Below, piece after piece: positions 1-8,357 of a DNA stretch of 64,000 nucleotides (the first letter of the stretch is position 1; every line of letters begins with the position of its first letter). The stretch is from an uncultured Gemmatimonadales bacterium (GTDB lineage Bacteria > Gemmatimonadota > Gemmatimonadetes > Gemmatimonadales > Gemmatimonadaceae). The stretch is from the NCBI GenBank assembly GCA_963850905.1, contig CAWKMU010000003.1, positions 2,560,001 through 2,624,000 of the forward strand, read 5' to 3'. The notes beneath the pieces are model-generated. The model ran no database searches. It saw nothing but the letters and a program-made list of their open reading frames with translations, and was not told the origin of the DNA. The position numbers were made by a program, and so were the translations under genes.

Positions 1-402
1 GAGGCGATCGCCGCGTACGCGGCCGATGGGATTGTCCTGTCCACCCCAACGGGGTCCACGGCGTACAGCCTGTCGGCCGGCGGACCCATCGTCGAGCCGA
101 CGGTCGACTCCATCATCCTGACGCCCATCTCGCCGCACACGCTCGCGATTCGGCCCCTCGTGCTGCCGGCGACGGCGGCGATCCGCATCTGGGCTGAGGA
201 CGGTCCGGAAGAGCTCCTCGTGACCGTCGACGGACAGGTGGGGACGACGTTCGCCGAGGGCGAGGTCCTGGAAGTCAGGAGAGCGGGGCGGCCCGTGCTG
301 CTCGTGCGATTCTCTGGGACCACGTACTACGGCCGACTGCGCAAGAAACTCGGATGGGGCGGGACGCCGAGCGGCAGTCAGCTGCTCGAGCAGCGAGGCT
401 AG
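1..402 (+). CDS. nadK: NAD kinase, 5' truncated by window edge
   Basis: Frame from base 1 reads ADGIVLSTPTGSTAYSLSAGGPI...TPISPHTL...VDGQ, the NAD kinase signature; stop TAG at 400-402; usual position upstream of recN. Confidence 0.95.
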   Translation, partial: EAIAAYAADGIVLSTPTGSTAYSLSAGGPIVEPTVDSIILTPISPHTLAIRPLVLPATAAIRIWAEDGPEELLVTVDGQVGTTFAEGEVLEVRRAGRPVLLVRFSGTTYYGRLRKKLGWGGTPSGSQLLEQRG

Positions 403-404
403 GC

Positions 405-2123
405 GTGCTGACCGAGCTTCGCATCAAGAATTTCGCGATCATCGAATCCCTGTCGCTTCCGTTGGCGCCCGGTCTCAACGTGCTGTCCGGCGAGACCGGC
501 GCCGGCAAGTCCATCATTGTCGGGGCGCTGGGCCTGTTGTTGGGCGAGCGGGCGACGTCGGACATCGTTCGGAGCGGTGCGGATCGCACAACGGTGGAAG
601 GCGTCTTTGACGCAGAAGGTCGACCAGAGATTGCGGCCGGCCTGGACGCGCGCGGGATCGACTTCGAGGATGCGCAGGTGGTCTTGCGGCGCGAGGTCAC
701 GGCAGCGGGCCGCACGAGGGCGTGGATCAACGGTACGACGGTCACCGCCTCCGTACTGGCCGCGATCGGGCGTCTTTTGGTCAACATCCACGGCCAGCAC
801 GAGGCGCAGACCCTCCTCGAGCCGCCGGTTCAGCAGGGCATTCTTGACGCTTTCGGCGGCGCGACTGAGCTCTCGGACCGTGTCGCGACGGCGTTCGCTG
901 CGCTCGCTGAGGTGCGGCGACTGAAGACGGAGCTCACCAACCGGCGTGCGGACGCCGAGCGGCGTGCGGACTACTTGCGCCATGTTGTGCGTGAGATCGA
1001 AGACGCCAAGCTCTCCGTCGGTGAGGATGTCCGCCTCGAGGACGAGGCTAGGCGGCTCGAGCACGCCGACGAGCTGCGCACGCTGGCCGAAAGCGTCGCC
1101 GAGGTTCTCGACGGCAGTGGTGATGAGGACGGCGTCTTGAGTCAGCTGGCGCTCGTGCACCGGTCGCTCCTCGGACTGGAGCGAATCGACGGCAGCGTTG
1201 GCCGCTTCCAGGAACTGTACGACGCCGCCTACTATGCGTTGGAGGAGTTGTCGCGAGACTCGGACGCCTACGCACAGGCGGTCGATCTGGATCCGCACCG
1301 GCTCGCCGAGGTCCAGCGGCGGCGTGATCTCATCTTCGGCCTCCTCAAGAAACACGGGCCGGCGCTCGAGGATGTGATCGAGACTGGTCGGCGCTCGCGG
1401 GCCGAGCTGGACCTCGTCGACTCAGCGGGGTTTGACATCCGGCAACTCGAGGCCCGCGAGCGGACCGCGCGCGAGCAGCTGGCCGAGGCGGCGGCGGCTT
1501 TGACCGCGGCACGCGAGGCCGCAGCCGCGCGTTTGAGTCACGCCGTCGACCAGATCATGCCGGAGCTCGGCCTGGTCGACAGTCATTTCAGTGTCGCCCT
1601 GGAGCGGCGAGCCGAACCGGGTCCGCAGGGTGCCGAAGATGTCGAGTTTCGCGTGGTGCTCAACGTCGGCCACGACGCACGTCCGCTCGCGCGCGTCGCG
1701 TCCGGCGGTGAGCTCTCACGCATCATGCTGGCGCTGACCACAATCCTCGCGCGACTCGATCGCGTGTCCACGCTCGTATTCGACGAAGTGGATGCGGGGA
1801 TCGGCGGCCGCGTGGGCGCGAAGGTCGGAGCGACGCTGCGAAAGGCCGCGACCCACCATCAGGTGTTTGCCATCTCGCACCTGCCACAGATCGCGTCGGC
1901 GGCGCACCACCACATTGTCGTGAGCAAGGGCGCTCGCGGCGGCGTCACGACGGCCGACGTGCAGGTGGTCGACGGCGAAGCCCGCGTTCGGGAAATCGCC
2001 CGCATGCTTGGCGGCGACCCTGAGCGTGAGGTCAGCCTCGCGCATGCGAGGGAGTTGTTGGGAGGGTCGAACGGGCGCGGCGCCCGCGTGCGGGAGAGGG
2101 AAGCCGCGGAGAGGAGAGAGTAG
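405..2123 (+). CDS. recN: DNA repair protein RecN
   Basis: GTG start; L-x-I-KNFAII, Walker A GETGAGKS, HGQH, SGGE signature, FDEVDAGIGG, SHLPQIA. Confidence 0.96.
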   Translation: MLTELRIKNFAIIESLSLPLAPGLNVLSGETGAGKSIIVGALGLLLGERATSDIVRSGADRTTVEGVFDAEGRPEIAAGLDARGIDFEDAQVVLRREVTAAGRTRAWINGTTVTASVLAAIGRLLVNIHGQHEAQTLLEPPVQQGILDAFGGATELSDRVATAFAALAEVRRLKTELTNRRADAERRADYLRHVVREIEDAKLSVGEDVRLEDEARRLEHADELRTLAESVAEVLDGSGDEDGVLSQLALVHRSLLGLERIDGSVGRFQELYDAAYYALEELSRDSDAYAQAVDLDPHRLAEVQRRRDLIFGLLKKHGPALEDVIETGRRSRAELDLVDSAGFDIRQLEARERTAREQLAEAAAALTAAREAAAARLSHAVDQIMPELGLVDSHFSVALERRAEPGPQGAEDVEFRVVLNVGHDARPLARVASGGELSRIMLALTTILARLDRVSTLVFDEVDAGIGGRVGAKVGATLRKAATHHQVFAISHLPQIASAAHHHIVVSKGARGGVTTADVQVVDGEARVREIARMLGGDPEREVSLAHARELLGGSNGRGARVREREAAERRE

Positions 2124-2131
2124 CAGAACAG

Positions 2132-2218
2132 CAGGGGTCAGGGATCAGGGGTCAGGGAAAGACCACGGCACGTGCCGAATAGCACGCGGTGTTGTCGTTC
2201 CCTGGTCCCTGACCCCTG
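2132..2218. repeat. Heptamer tandem repeat (CAGGGGT/CAGGGAT x4) with inverted partner (CCCTG units x3)
   Basis: caggggt cagggat caggggt cagggaa at 2132-2159 and ttccctg gtccctg acccctg at 2198-2218, between convergent genes; same unit recurs at ~62317-62337. Confidence 0.75.
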
Positions 2219-2222
2219 TAGT

Positions 2223-3974
2223 TCACCGTTTGAACGCCCCTCCGTGGCCCAGCAGCCTGACGTACACTCGCATCAACACCTCGTCGCTCCCGATTCGCGG
2301 CAGCGAGCCGTACGCGCCGGCGGAGCCGGTGAGCGTCTGGAAGTGGAAGTACGTGATATCGAATGGCAAGCGCGAGGCGTGTCGGGTCGCGGCAGCCACG
2401 GTCGAGAAAGTGATGCCGAGTCCGACCAATTGCTGGGTCGATGCCGTACCGGCGCCGAGCAGATCGGCATTGAGAGCGACAGGACCGAAACCCGTGGCGG
2501 CAGAATCGAGCGTGAACGTGCCCGAGTACTTGTCTGCGCTCCTGTTCACGTACCGATATTGGGCCACGATGCCCACGTACGAGTTGATGGTCAATTGCGG
2601 GTTGAAGGTGAAGTCGAGGACACGGCCCAGCGAGCGCGTCACCGTTTGGCGTGTGAAGAGTGGAGCGAAAACGTCTCCCAACCCGAGGGGAATCCGCGCT
2701 GACACCTGATCGGTAAGCGGCTGCGTGCCGCCGAACACGAGTGAGGCCCAGAAGTGAGAGCCGAAGAGGAGATCCGTCTGGGCGTGCAGCCCGACGGCAT
2801 TTGCCCCCGTGCCGGTCCCGACTCCGACTAGCGCATCGGGTGAGTTGGGCGTGCCGGTCCCGAGTTGAAATGTTCCGGTGAGCGCGAGCCGGTAGTTGAA
2901 GCCATGCGGGTGGACACGCGCGCTGTCGCTCCCGTGGAAGGAATCCAGGAGCAGTGCGGTCGCACCGAGCTGAATGTCACCGATGCCGTACTGGTCGACG
3001 GACTGGAGCGAGTCGTACGCGAGTCCGATGGCATTGGTGGTCAGCAAAGCCTGCGCATCGCCGAGCCCGAGGGGCGGTGCGCCAACCGGTCCCTGGCTCG
3101 CGATGCCCGGGCCGCCAGTCAGGGAGTCGAAGTGCGCGTAGCGAGCCGCAAACGACTGCATCCGCTGATTGATGGCGGCCAGTGCGGCGCTGCTGCCGAT
3201 CGGCACGACGGGGGCCGGCGCTCGGCCGTCACCGCCATACACCTGTGAGAGCGACGACGCGAAGGAATTGCTCTGCGCAACCAGCGCGGACGCGGTCGAC
3301 CGTTGGGCATTGAGCGAGGGGCAGTAGGAGGCGCTCGCGGGGTTGGCTGCGCACGCCGCGAGGGCGCTCTGGAGATTCGCGGCCGCGTGCGCAAACTGCC
3401 CGTACAGCATGGTATCGATGGCGCGCGACGCCGCGATATACAGCGCCGGATTGAAACCCACGTTCCCGGTGCTGCCCCCCGGATTGGGATTGAATAGGAT
3501 CTCGTTGTGGGTGTGCACGATCGGCACGAGGGCATGGAGCGTCAGCCGGTGCGTGATGCCGATGTCGAGACCGATCGGGGCCGTCTGGACCAGAACGCTG
3601 GACGTGGTCTGGACGCTGCCGAGTGAGACGCCGAGAGTCGGGTCCAGAGTCAGCGCGCGAAGGGAGCTCTGGAGTGGCGCAAGGATCGGCAACTCAGCCG
3701 GCCCAAGAGAGTCCAGCGACAGGTCGCTGCCCAGCGGTTGCAGGCCGCCGGTGCCGTAGCGGGAGTTGTAGCGCGTATCGATGAACGCGCCGGAGAGGCG
3801 CACCACGCCGCCTGGCAGGGTCAGCGCGTCGTCATCGATCGCTGACACCGCTTGTGCCCCCGCCACGCGAGTGCTGCCGGCCACGAGACCGGCGAGCAGG
3901 ATGACTGCGGGGATCGGGCACGCGTGTCGCGTCGCACTGCAGTAGAAGCGCGTCCTTCGAATCGAGAGGGCCAA
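2223..3974 (-). CDS. Secreted/outer-membrane hypothetical protein (start uncertain)
   Basis: 583-aa ORF, hydrophobic N-terminal segment ending AGA-Q, GIGDIQLG motif and alternating beta-strand pattern in the C-terminal half. Confidence 0.6.
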   Translation of the reverse strand: MALSIRRTRFYCSATRHACPIPAVILLAGLVAGSTRVAGAQAVSAIDDDALTLPGGVVRLSGAFIDTRYNSRYGTGGLQPLGSDLSLDSLGPAELPILAPLQSSLRALTLDPTLGVSLGSVQTTSSVLVQTAPIGLDIGITHRLTLHALVPIVHTHNEILFNPNPGGSTGNVGFNPALYIAASRAIDTMLYGQFAHAAANLQSALAACAANPASASYCPSLNAQRSTASALVAQSNSFASSLSQVYGGDGRAPAPVVPIGSSAALAAINQRMQSFAARYAHFDSLTGGPGIASQGPVGAPPLGLGDAQALLTTNAIGLAYDSLQSVDQYGIGDIQLGATALLLDSFHGSDSARVHPHGFNYRLALTGTFQLGTGTPNSPDALVGVGTGTGANAVGLHAQTDLLFGSHFWASLVFGGTQPLTDQVSARIPLGLGDVFAPLFTRQTVTRSLGRVLDFTFNPQLTINSYVGIVAQYRYVNRSADKYSGTFTLDSAATGFGPVALNADLLGAGTASTQQLVGLGITFSTVAAATRHASRLPFDITYFHFQTLTGSAGAYGSLPRIGSDEVLMRVYVRLLGHGGAFKR

Positions 3975-4127
3975 CGGCTAACCAGGGTGTAAACAACCGA
4001 CTCGGCGGCCCTGAGAATGGCACGTCGAGGCACGGTGGTGCAATGGATAAACGGCACAGCTCAGGCGATCTTCCGCGACAATGCTAACACAACACCCCCT
4101 GTCGCGCCGCCGCCTGGGCCCGGTTCC

Positions 4128-5954
4128 GTGAGCGAGTACCCCGGACCGGTCGTGCCGGTCCCTCCGGTCTCGTGGCAGCTCACCGGCAACCACTGGTTCG
4201 CTGTCCCATGCATTCACCCCGCCGACGGTTCCATCCACGCGGTCGGGGTTGTCCACCGGGGGTCGCGCTCTGCGGTCGAGTTTGCGGGCGGCCCGAATTT
4301 CACCGACGGTCATGGGCCAGCCCTGTTGCGGCCGCGAATCGTGATCGACGGCGCCGAGCATGCATTGGCGACCGAGGGCATCGCCTGGGAGCACGTCCAT
4401 GGCTGGCTGCCGACCTTCACCGCGGCGATGAGCAAAGGGCAGTTTGTCGCCCGCGGTACTATCTTCGCCCCCGTCGGTCGGGATGCGGATGTCCCCGGCG
4501 CCATCTACGTGATCACTCTCGAGAATCGCAACGGCGAGAATGCCGAGGTGTCGATCACGTTGGAGGGAACGCTCGCTCATCGACAGGCACGTGTTCGGAC
4601 CGCGCGCACGTTCGGCGATGCACACCGCGCGATCCGGTGTGCCGGCGACGCGGTGCTGTTGGATGGCGCCGGGCTTCCCGGGACCGCCGCGCTAGCGATC
4701 GCCGCCGATGACGGCGTGGCGGTCACGATCGACAGCGCCGAGGGCGTGCCCCGCTTCACGCTGCGCAGCGCCGCGGTCGTGCAGCCCGGCACCACGATGC
4801 AGGTCGCGTTCTATGTGGCCGCGGCGCCCGAGCGCGATGGCGCGGCAGCGACGGTGCTCGCGATGAAGCGGCGGGGCTGGCGGTCACTCCTCACGGCCAC
4901 GGGTGAAGCCCTCCGCACGCTGGAGCAGAGCACGGGGAGCCCGGCGCTGGATCGCATGGTCAACCGCAACCTGCTCTTCGCGTACTTCTACGCGACGGCG
5001 CGGGCGATCGATGACGCCCGCTTCTATTTGATGCGGTCACGCGCGCCGTGGAATGGCCGTGGTGTCACGGTTCGCGACTGGGACGCGCTCACATGGACCG
5101 TGCCAGCGGTGCAACTCGCGGACGCAGGCCTGGCGCGAGAGTTGATCATCCGGGCGTGTGAGATCCACGGGGTCGCACCCGGTCGGGGCGTGCACTACAT
5201 CGACGGCGCGCTCTTCGAGCCCGGCTTCTCGATCGAGGGCGTCGCGTCCTTTGCGTGGGCGACTGAGCGCTATATCCGGGAAACCGGAGATGATCAGATC
5301 GTCGAGGAGCCGGCGCTCGCGGACACGTTGTACGCGAGCTCCGATGATCTGTCGGCGCGCCGCCACCGCGACGTACCGCTGTACGAGAGTGAGGTGTACC
5401 CCTCGGGCGCACCGGTGCCCTTGCCGTATACCATCCATGCGAACGCCGTCGCCGCGCTCGCGCTGGATGTGTTCCGACGGACCCTCGACGCGGAGACGGC
5501 CAAGGACGTCGAGGATCCAAGCGCGGTTCGAGCAGCGTTGCTACGGCACTTCACGGTCGATCGCGAAGGGAAGCCGCAACTCATGTCCGTGACCGATCTG
5601 CACGGTGAGTCCGGTCGGCGGGACGATGCAGTGGGGTCGGTGCTGTGGCTGCCGCTCTATGAGGCGGTCGATCGGCAGGACTCGGTGTATCGACGCACGG
5701 TCAAGGGTCTCGCTGGGAACGGCGAGGCGGAAGGCGAGCCCATCGCGCTCGCGCGTCAGTGCGCACGGCTCGTCGGGCCAGATGCGGGATCCGCGCTGGC
5801 GTGGTTGCGGCAGGCGCCTCTCGACAACGGCCTTGCAGCCGAGCTCCTGGATGTGGACGGTCGCGCGGTCGCCAACGGCGCCGACGCATCGCTCTCCGGA
5901 TTACTCGCTTACGCGATCTGGTACGCGGTCCACGCGCTGGGAGTGACGCCGTGA
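4128..5954 (+). CDS. Putative six-hairpin glycosidase (GH125/GH15-like)
   Basis: Long ORF (track start 4017; GTG 4128 preferred) with RDWDAL motif and helical C-terminal domain ending in GLAAE..D..G; adjacent to galK. Confidence 0.5.
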   Translation: MSEYPGPVVPVPPVSWQLTGNHWFAVPCIHPADGSIHAVGVVHRGSRSAVEFAGGPNFTDGHGPALLRPRIVIDGAEHALATEGIAWEHVHGWLPTFTAAMSKGQFVARGTIFAPVGRDADVPGAIYVITLENRNGENAEVSITLEGTLAHRQARVRTARTFGDAHRAIRCAGDAVLLDGAGLPGTAALAIAADDGVAVTIDSAEGVPRFTLRSAAVVQPGTTMQVAFYVAAAPERDGAAATVLAMKRRGWRSLLTATGEALRTLEQSTGSPALDRMVNRNLLFAYFYATARAIDDARFYLMRSRAPWNGRGVTVRDWDALTWTVPAVQLADAGLARELIIRACEIHGVAPGRGVHYIDGALFEPGFSIEGVASFAWATERYIRETGDDQIVEEPALADTLYASSDDLSARRHRDVPLYESEVYPSGAPVPLPYTIHANAVAALALDVFRRTLDAETAKDVEDPSAVRAALLRHFTVDREGKPQLMSVTDLHGESGRRDDAVGSVLWLPLYEAVDRQDSVYRRTVKGLAGNGEAEGEPIALARQCARLVGPDAGSALAWLRQAPLDNGLAAELLDVDGRAVANGADASLSGLLAYAIWYAVHALGVTP

Positions 5955-5972
5955 GGGTGGGGCGGGAACTGC

Positions 5973-6090
5973 GGGTTAGGGGTTTCGGGTTTGGGGTAAC
6001 TGCTACGAACCGCCGACGCTGAGGATCGTCGGGATGCCTCGCTTGCAGCGGTTTTCCCCAGACCCCAAACCCCAGACCCCAGACCCCGAG
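5973..6090. repeat. Heptamer repeats (GGGTTTN / CCCCAGA) in inverted arrangement
   Basis: gggttaggggtttcgggtttggggt followed by ccccagaccccaaaccccagaccccagaccccgag. Confidence 0.7.
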
Positions 6091-6098
6091 TTGCCGTC

Positions 6099-7238
6099 AT
6101 GACCCTCGCGACGGACTCTCAGGTCTACGCCCTCTTCGACCATCATTTCGGTGGCGAACCGACGGTGGTCGCGTCGGCCGGAGGCCGCGTCAATCTGATC
6201 GGCGAGCACATGGACTACAATGGGGGCGAGGCGTTGCCGATTGCGATCCAGCAACGCACGTATGTCGCGGCGCGCCCGTGCGCCGGCACACGCTCGCAGG
6301 TCGTCTCTGCAGGACACACGGACCGCGGCTCGTTCGACGCCGTATCGCCGGAGCGCTCCGGCGCCTGGTGGGACTACGTCGCCGGCGTGGCGCTCGAGCT
6401 GCGGCTGGCGGGCCGAGCCGCGGTAGCGGCTGATATCGCGATCTGGAGCGAGATCCCCACTGGTGCGGGCCTCTCTTCATCCGCGGCGCTCGAGGTCGCG
6501 TCGGGGTGGGCGCTCCTGGGGCTGGGCTCGGAAGAGATGTCGGACGAGGCGGTCGCGCTGACGGCGTGGCGGGCCGAGGTGGAGTTCGTGGGCATGCCGT
6601 GCGGCATCATGGATCAGTTTGCGATCGCGCTCGCGCGTGAAGGAGAGGCATTGCACCTCGAGTGCGACCGCGCTCGGTGGTCGCATGTCCCCATGACCGA
6701 TCCGGTGCTCATCTTCGACACCGGCGTCGCACGCGCCTTGCGCGGCTCGGCCTATGCGCAGCGCCGGGCCGAGTGCGCGGAGGCGTTCGCGCTCCTGAAG
6801 CGCCCGTATCCGGAGCTGCCACGACTCGCGGCCGCGACGACCCAGATGCTGGATGCCGTCACGCTCCCGGCTCCGATCGATCGGCGCGCGCGCCACGTCG
6901 TGACCGAGAACGAACGTGTCCGCGCGGTCGTTGCAGCGCTACGGGATGGGATGCCGATCAGCGGTGCACTGTTGTCCGCGTCGCATCGGTCGCTGCGCGA
7001 CGATTTCGAATGCTCGACGCCCGAGCTGGACTGGTTCGTCGAGCGCGCGATGCGCTGCCCTGGCGTGCGGGGTGCACGGCTCACGGGTGCGGGATGGGGC
7101 GGCTGCGGGATCGCGGTTGGTGATGAGGACGCGTTACGGGCTGCGGTGCCGCTCCTCTTGACGGAGTACAGCCGCCGGTTCGAGCACGGCGCGCGTGCGT
7201 GGGTGACGCACGCCGCTGGCGGACCGTCGGTGGTGTAG
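6099..7238 (+). CDS. galK: Galactokinase
   Basis: GRVNLIGEHMDYN, GHMP motif PTGAGLSSSAA, CGIMDQ, GARLTGAGWGG. Confidence 0.95.
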   Translation: MTLATDSQVYALFDHHFGGEPTVVASAGGRVNLIGEHMDYNGGEALPIAIQQRTYVAARPCAGTRSQVVSAGHTDRGSFDAVSPERSGAWWDYVAGVALELRLAGRAAVAADIAIWSEIPTGAGLSSSAALEVASGWALLGLGSEEMSDEAVALTAWRAEVEFVGMPCGIMDQFAIALAREGEALHLECDRARWSHVPMTDPVLIFDTGVARALRGSAYAQRRAECAEAFALLKRPYPELPRLAAATTQMLDAVTLPAPIDRRARHVVTENERVRAVVAALRDGMPISGALLSASHRSLRDDFECSTPELDWFVERAMRCPGVRGARLTGAGWGGCGIAVGDEDALRAAVPLLLTEYSRRFEHGARAWVTHAAGGPSVV

Positions 7239-7258
7239 CGGGCGGCCGCTTCGCGGCC

Positions 7259-7340
7259 GAGAAAGTAGACCTGCAGAGAGTAGAAAGTAGATTAAGCGGT
7301 CCTTGTCCACTTTCTACTTTCTGTGCTTCTGCTTTCTCGG
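7259..7340. repeat. AAAGTAG heptamer family with inverted partner (CTACTTT)
   Basis: aaagtag/agagtag/aaagtag then ccactttctactttct...gctttctcgg; same family at ~47369-47407 and ~63337-63413. Confidence 0.65.
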
Positions 7341-7366
7341 GCGCTTTGGCGCCCGGGCGGCTCGGC

Positions 7367-7395
7367 TTGATGGGGTCCGGTGGGCCGGGTATACT
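7367..7395 (+). promoter_or_regulatory. sigma70-type promoter of tRNA-Gly
   Basis: TTGATG-17 bp-TATACT, 20 bp upstream of the tRNA. Confidence 0.7.
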
Positions 7396-7415
7396 AGAGT
7401 CGCACGGTACGTTGT

Positions 7416-7488
7416 GCGGGAATAGCTCAGTTGGTAGAGCACAACCTTGCCAAGGTTGGGGTCGCGGGTTCGAGTCCCGTTTCCCGCT
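7416..7488 (+). tRNA. tRNA-Gly(GCC)
   Basis: Cloverleaf: GCGGGAA/TTCCCGC acceptor, AGCTCAGTTGGTAGAGC D arm, CAACC-TTGCCAA-GGTTG anticodon arm (GCC 7449-7451), GGTTCGAGTCC T arm; CCA not encoded. Confidence 0.98.
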
Positions 7489-7495
7489 TTGAGAT

Positions 7496-7527
7496 AAGCC
7501 GCTGACTCGTTGGGAGTTGGCGGCTTT
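7496..7527 (+). terminator. Intrinsic terminator after tRNA-Gly
   Basis: AAGCCGCTGACTC-gttgg-GAGTTGGCGGCTT hairpin (G-U pairs) then short T run. Confidence 0.7.
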
Positions 7528-7561
7528 CGTCTTCGTGCCAAGCACTTGCTACACGCGGGTC

Positions 7562-7581
7562 TGGCACTACGCTTGGCACTA
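7562..7581 (+). repeat. 20-bp direct repeat, putative integrase arm-type site (left)
   Basis: TGGCACTACGCTTGGCACTA (internal tandem TGGCACTA), identical to 15820-15839. Confidence 0.75.
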
Positions 7582-7627
7582 AGCACAAGCGGCGGTCCTC
7601 AGATTGTGGTGAACGGAGAGCGACCTC

Positions 7628-8291
7628 ATGGCGAAGTTTGACGTCAACGTTCGAGCTGCCGGAGGAAGGTGAATATCAGGCGGTGTGCACCGACGTCGTC
7701 GACCTGGGCGAGTTCCATAACGAGAAGTGGAACAAGATCGACCACCGCATCGCGTTTCTTTTCCAGCTCGACTGTCTCGACTCGCACGGCCACCGCTTCG
7801 AGATCGCGAAGCGGTGCAACCTGGCAATGGGCGAGAAGGCCGTGCTCCGCACCTTTCTCGAGCAGTGGCGTGCCAAGCGCTACACCGGCCAGGAACTCGA
7901 GCGGCGGCTTGAGTTGGACGCGTTCGTCGGCATGAACGCGATGATCGTGGTCGAGCACGCCGTCGTGAACGAGAAGACCTACGCCAACATCCTGAGTATC
8001 CGACCGCTGCCGAAGGGCGGCGTCCCGATCGCGCCACTCAACTACACCCGCCGCGACTACTGGAATACGACGGCTCGCGCGTCAAACGGATCGACCGGTA
8101 GCACATCACGGCCAGCGGCATTCGCCGGGAGCGGCACCACCACCAAGCCAGCACCGAAGCTGGTCCGATCGGCAGTCACGCCGCCGCGTGGCGCGGCGCT
8201 GCCACGCGAGAACAACTTCAGCGACTTCGACGTGCCAGTCGATGAGCAGGGTGGCCATCCGTCCGACACCGAGCAGCGGGGGGCCGCATAA
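7628..8291 (+). CDS. Phage ssDNA-binding/replication-initiation-like protein (NGO0469-like), +1 frameshift just after the start
   Basis: GEYQAVCTDVVDLG...EKAVLRTFLEQWR...KTYANILSIRPLPKG with low-complexity acidic tail; GGAG RBS and ATG 7628 are one base out of frame with the 7638 ORF (aagTttg). Confidence 0.65.
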
Positions 8292-8301
8292 CCGTCAACG
8301 G

Positions 8302-8335
8302 CACTGCCCCGGGAGCACGGGGGCCCGGGGCAGTG
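8302..8335. promoter_or_regulatory. Perfect 12-bp inverted repeat upstream of primase
   Basis: CACTGCCCCGGG-10 nt-CCCGGGGCAGTG. Confidence 0.55.
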
Positions 8336-8357
8336 GACGACGGCAGGCGGTACGACG

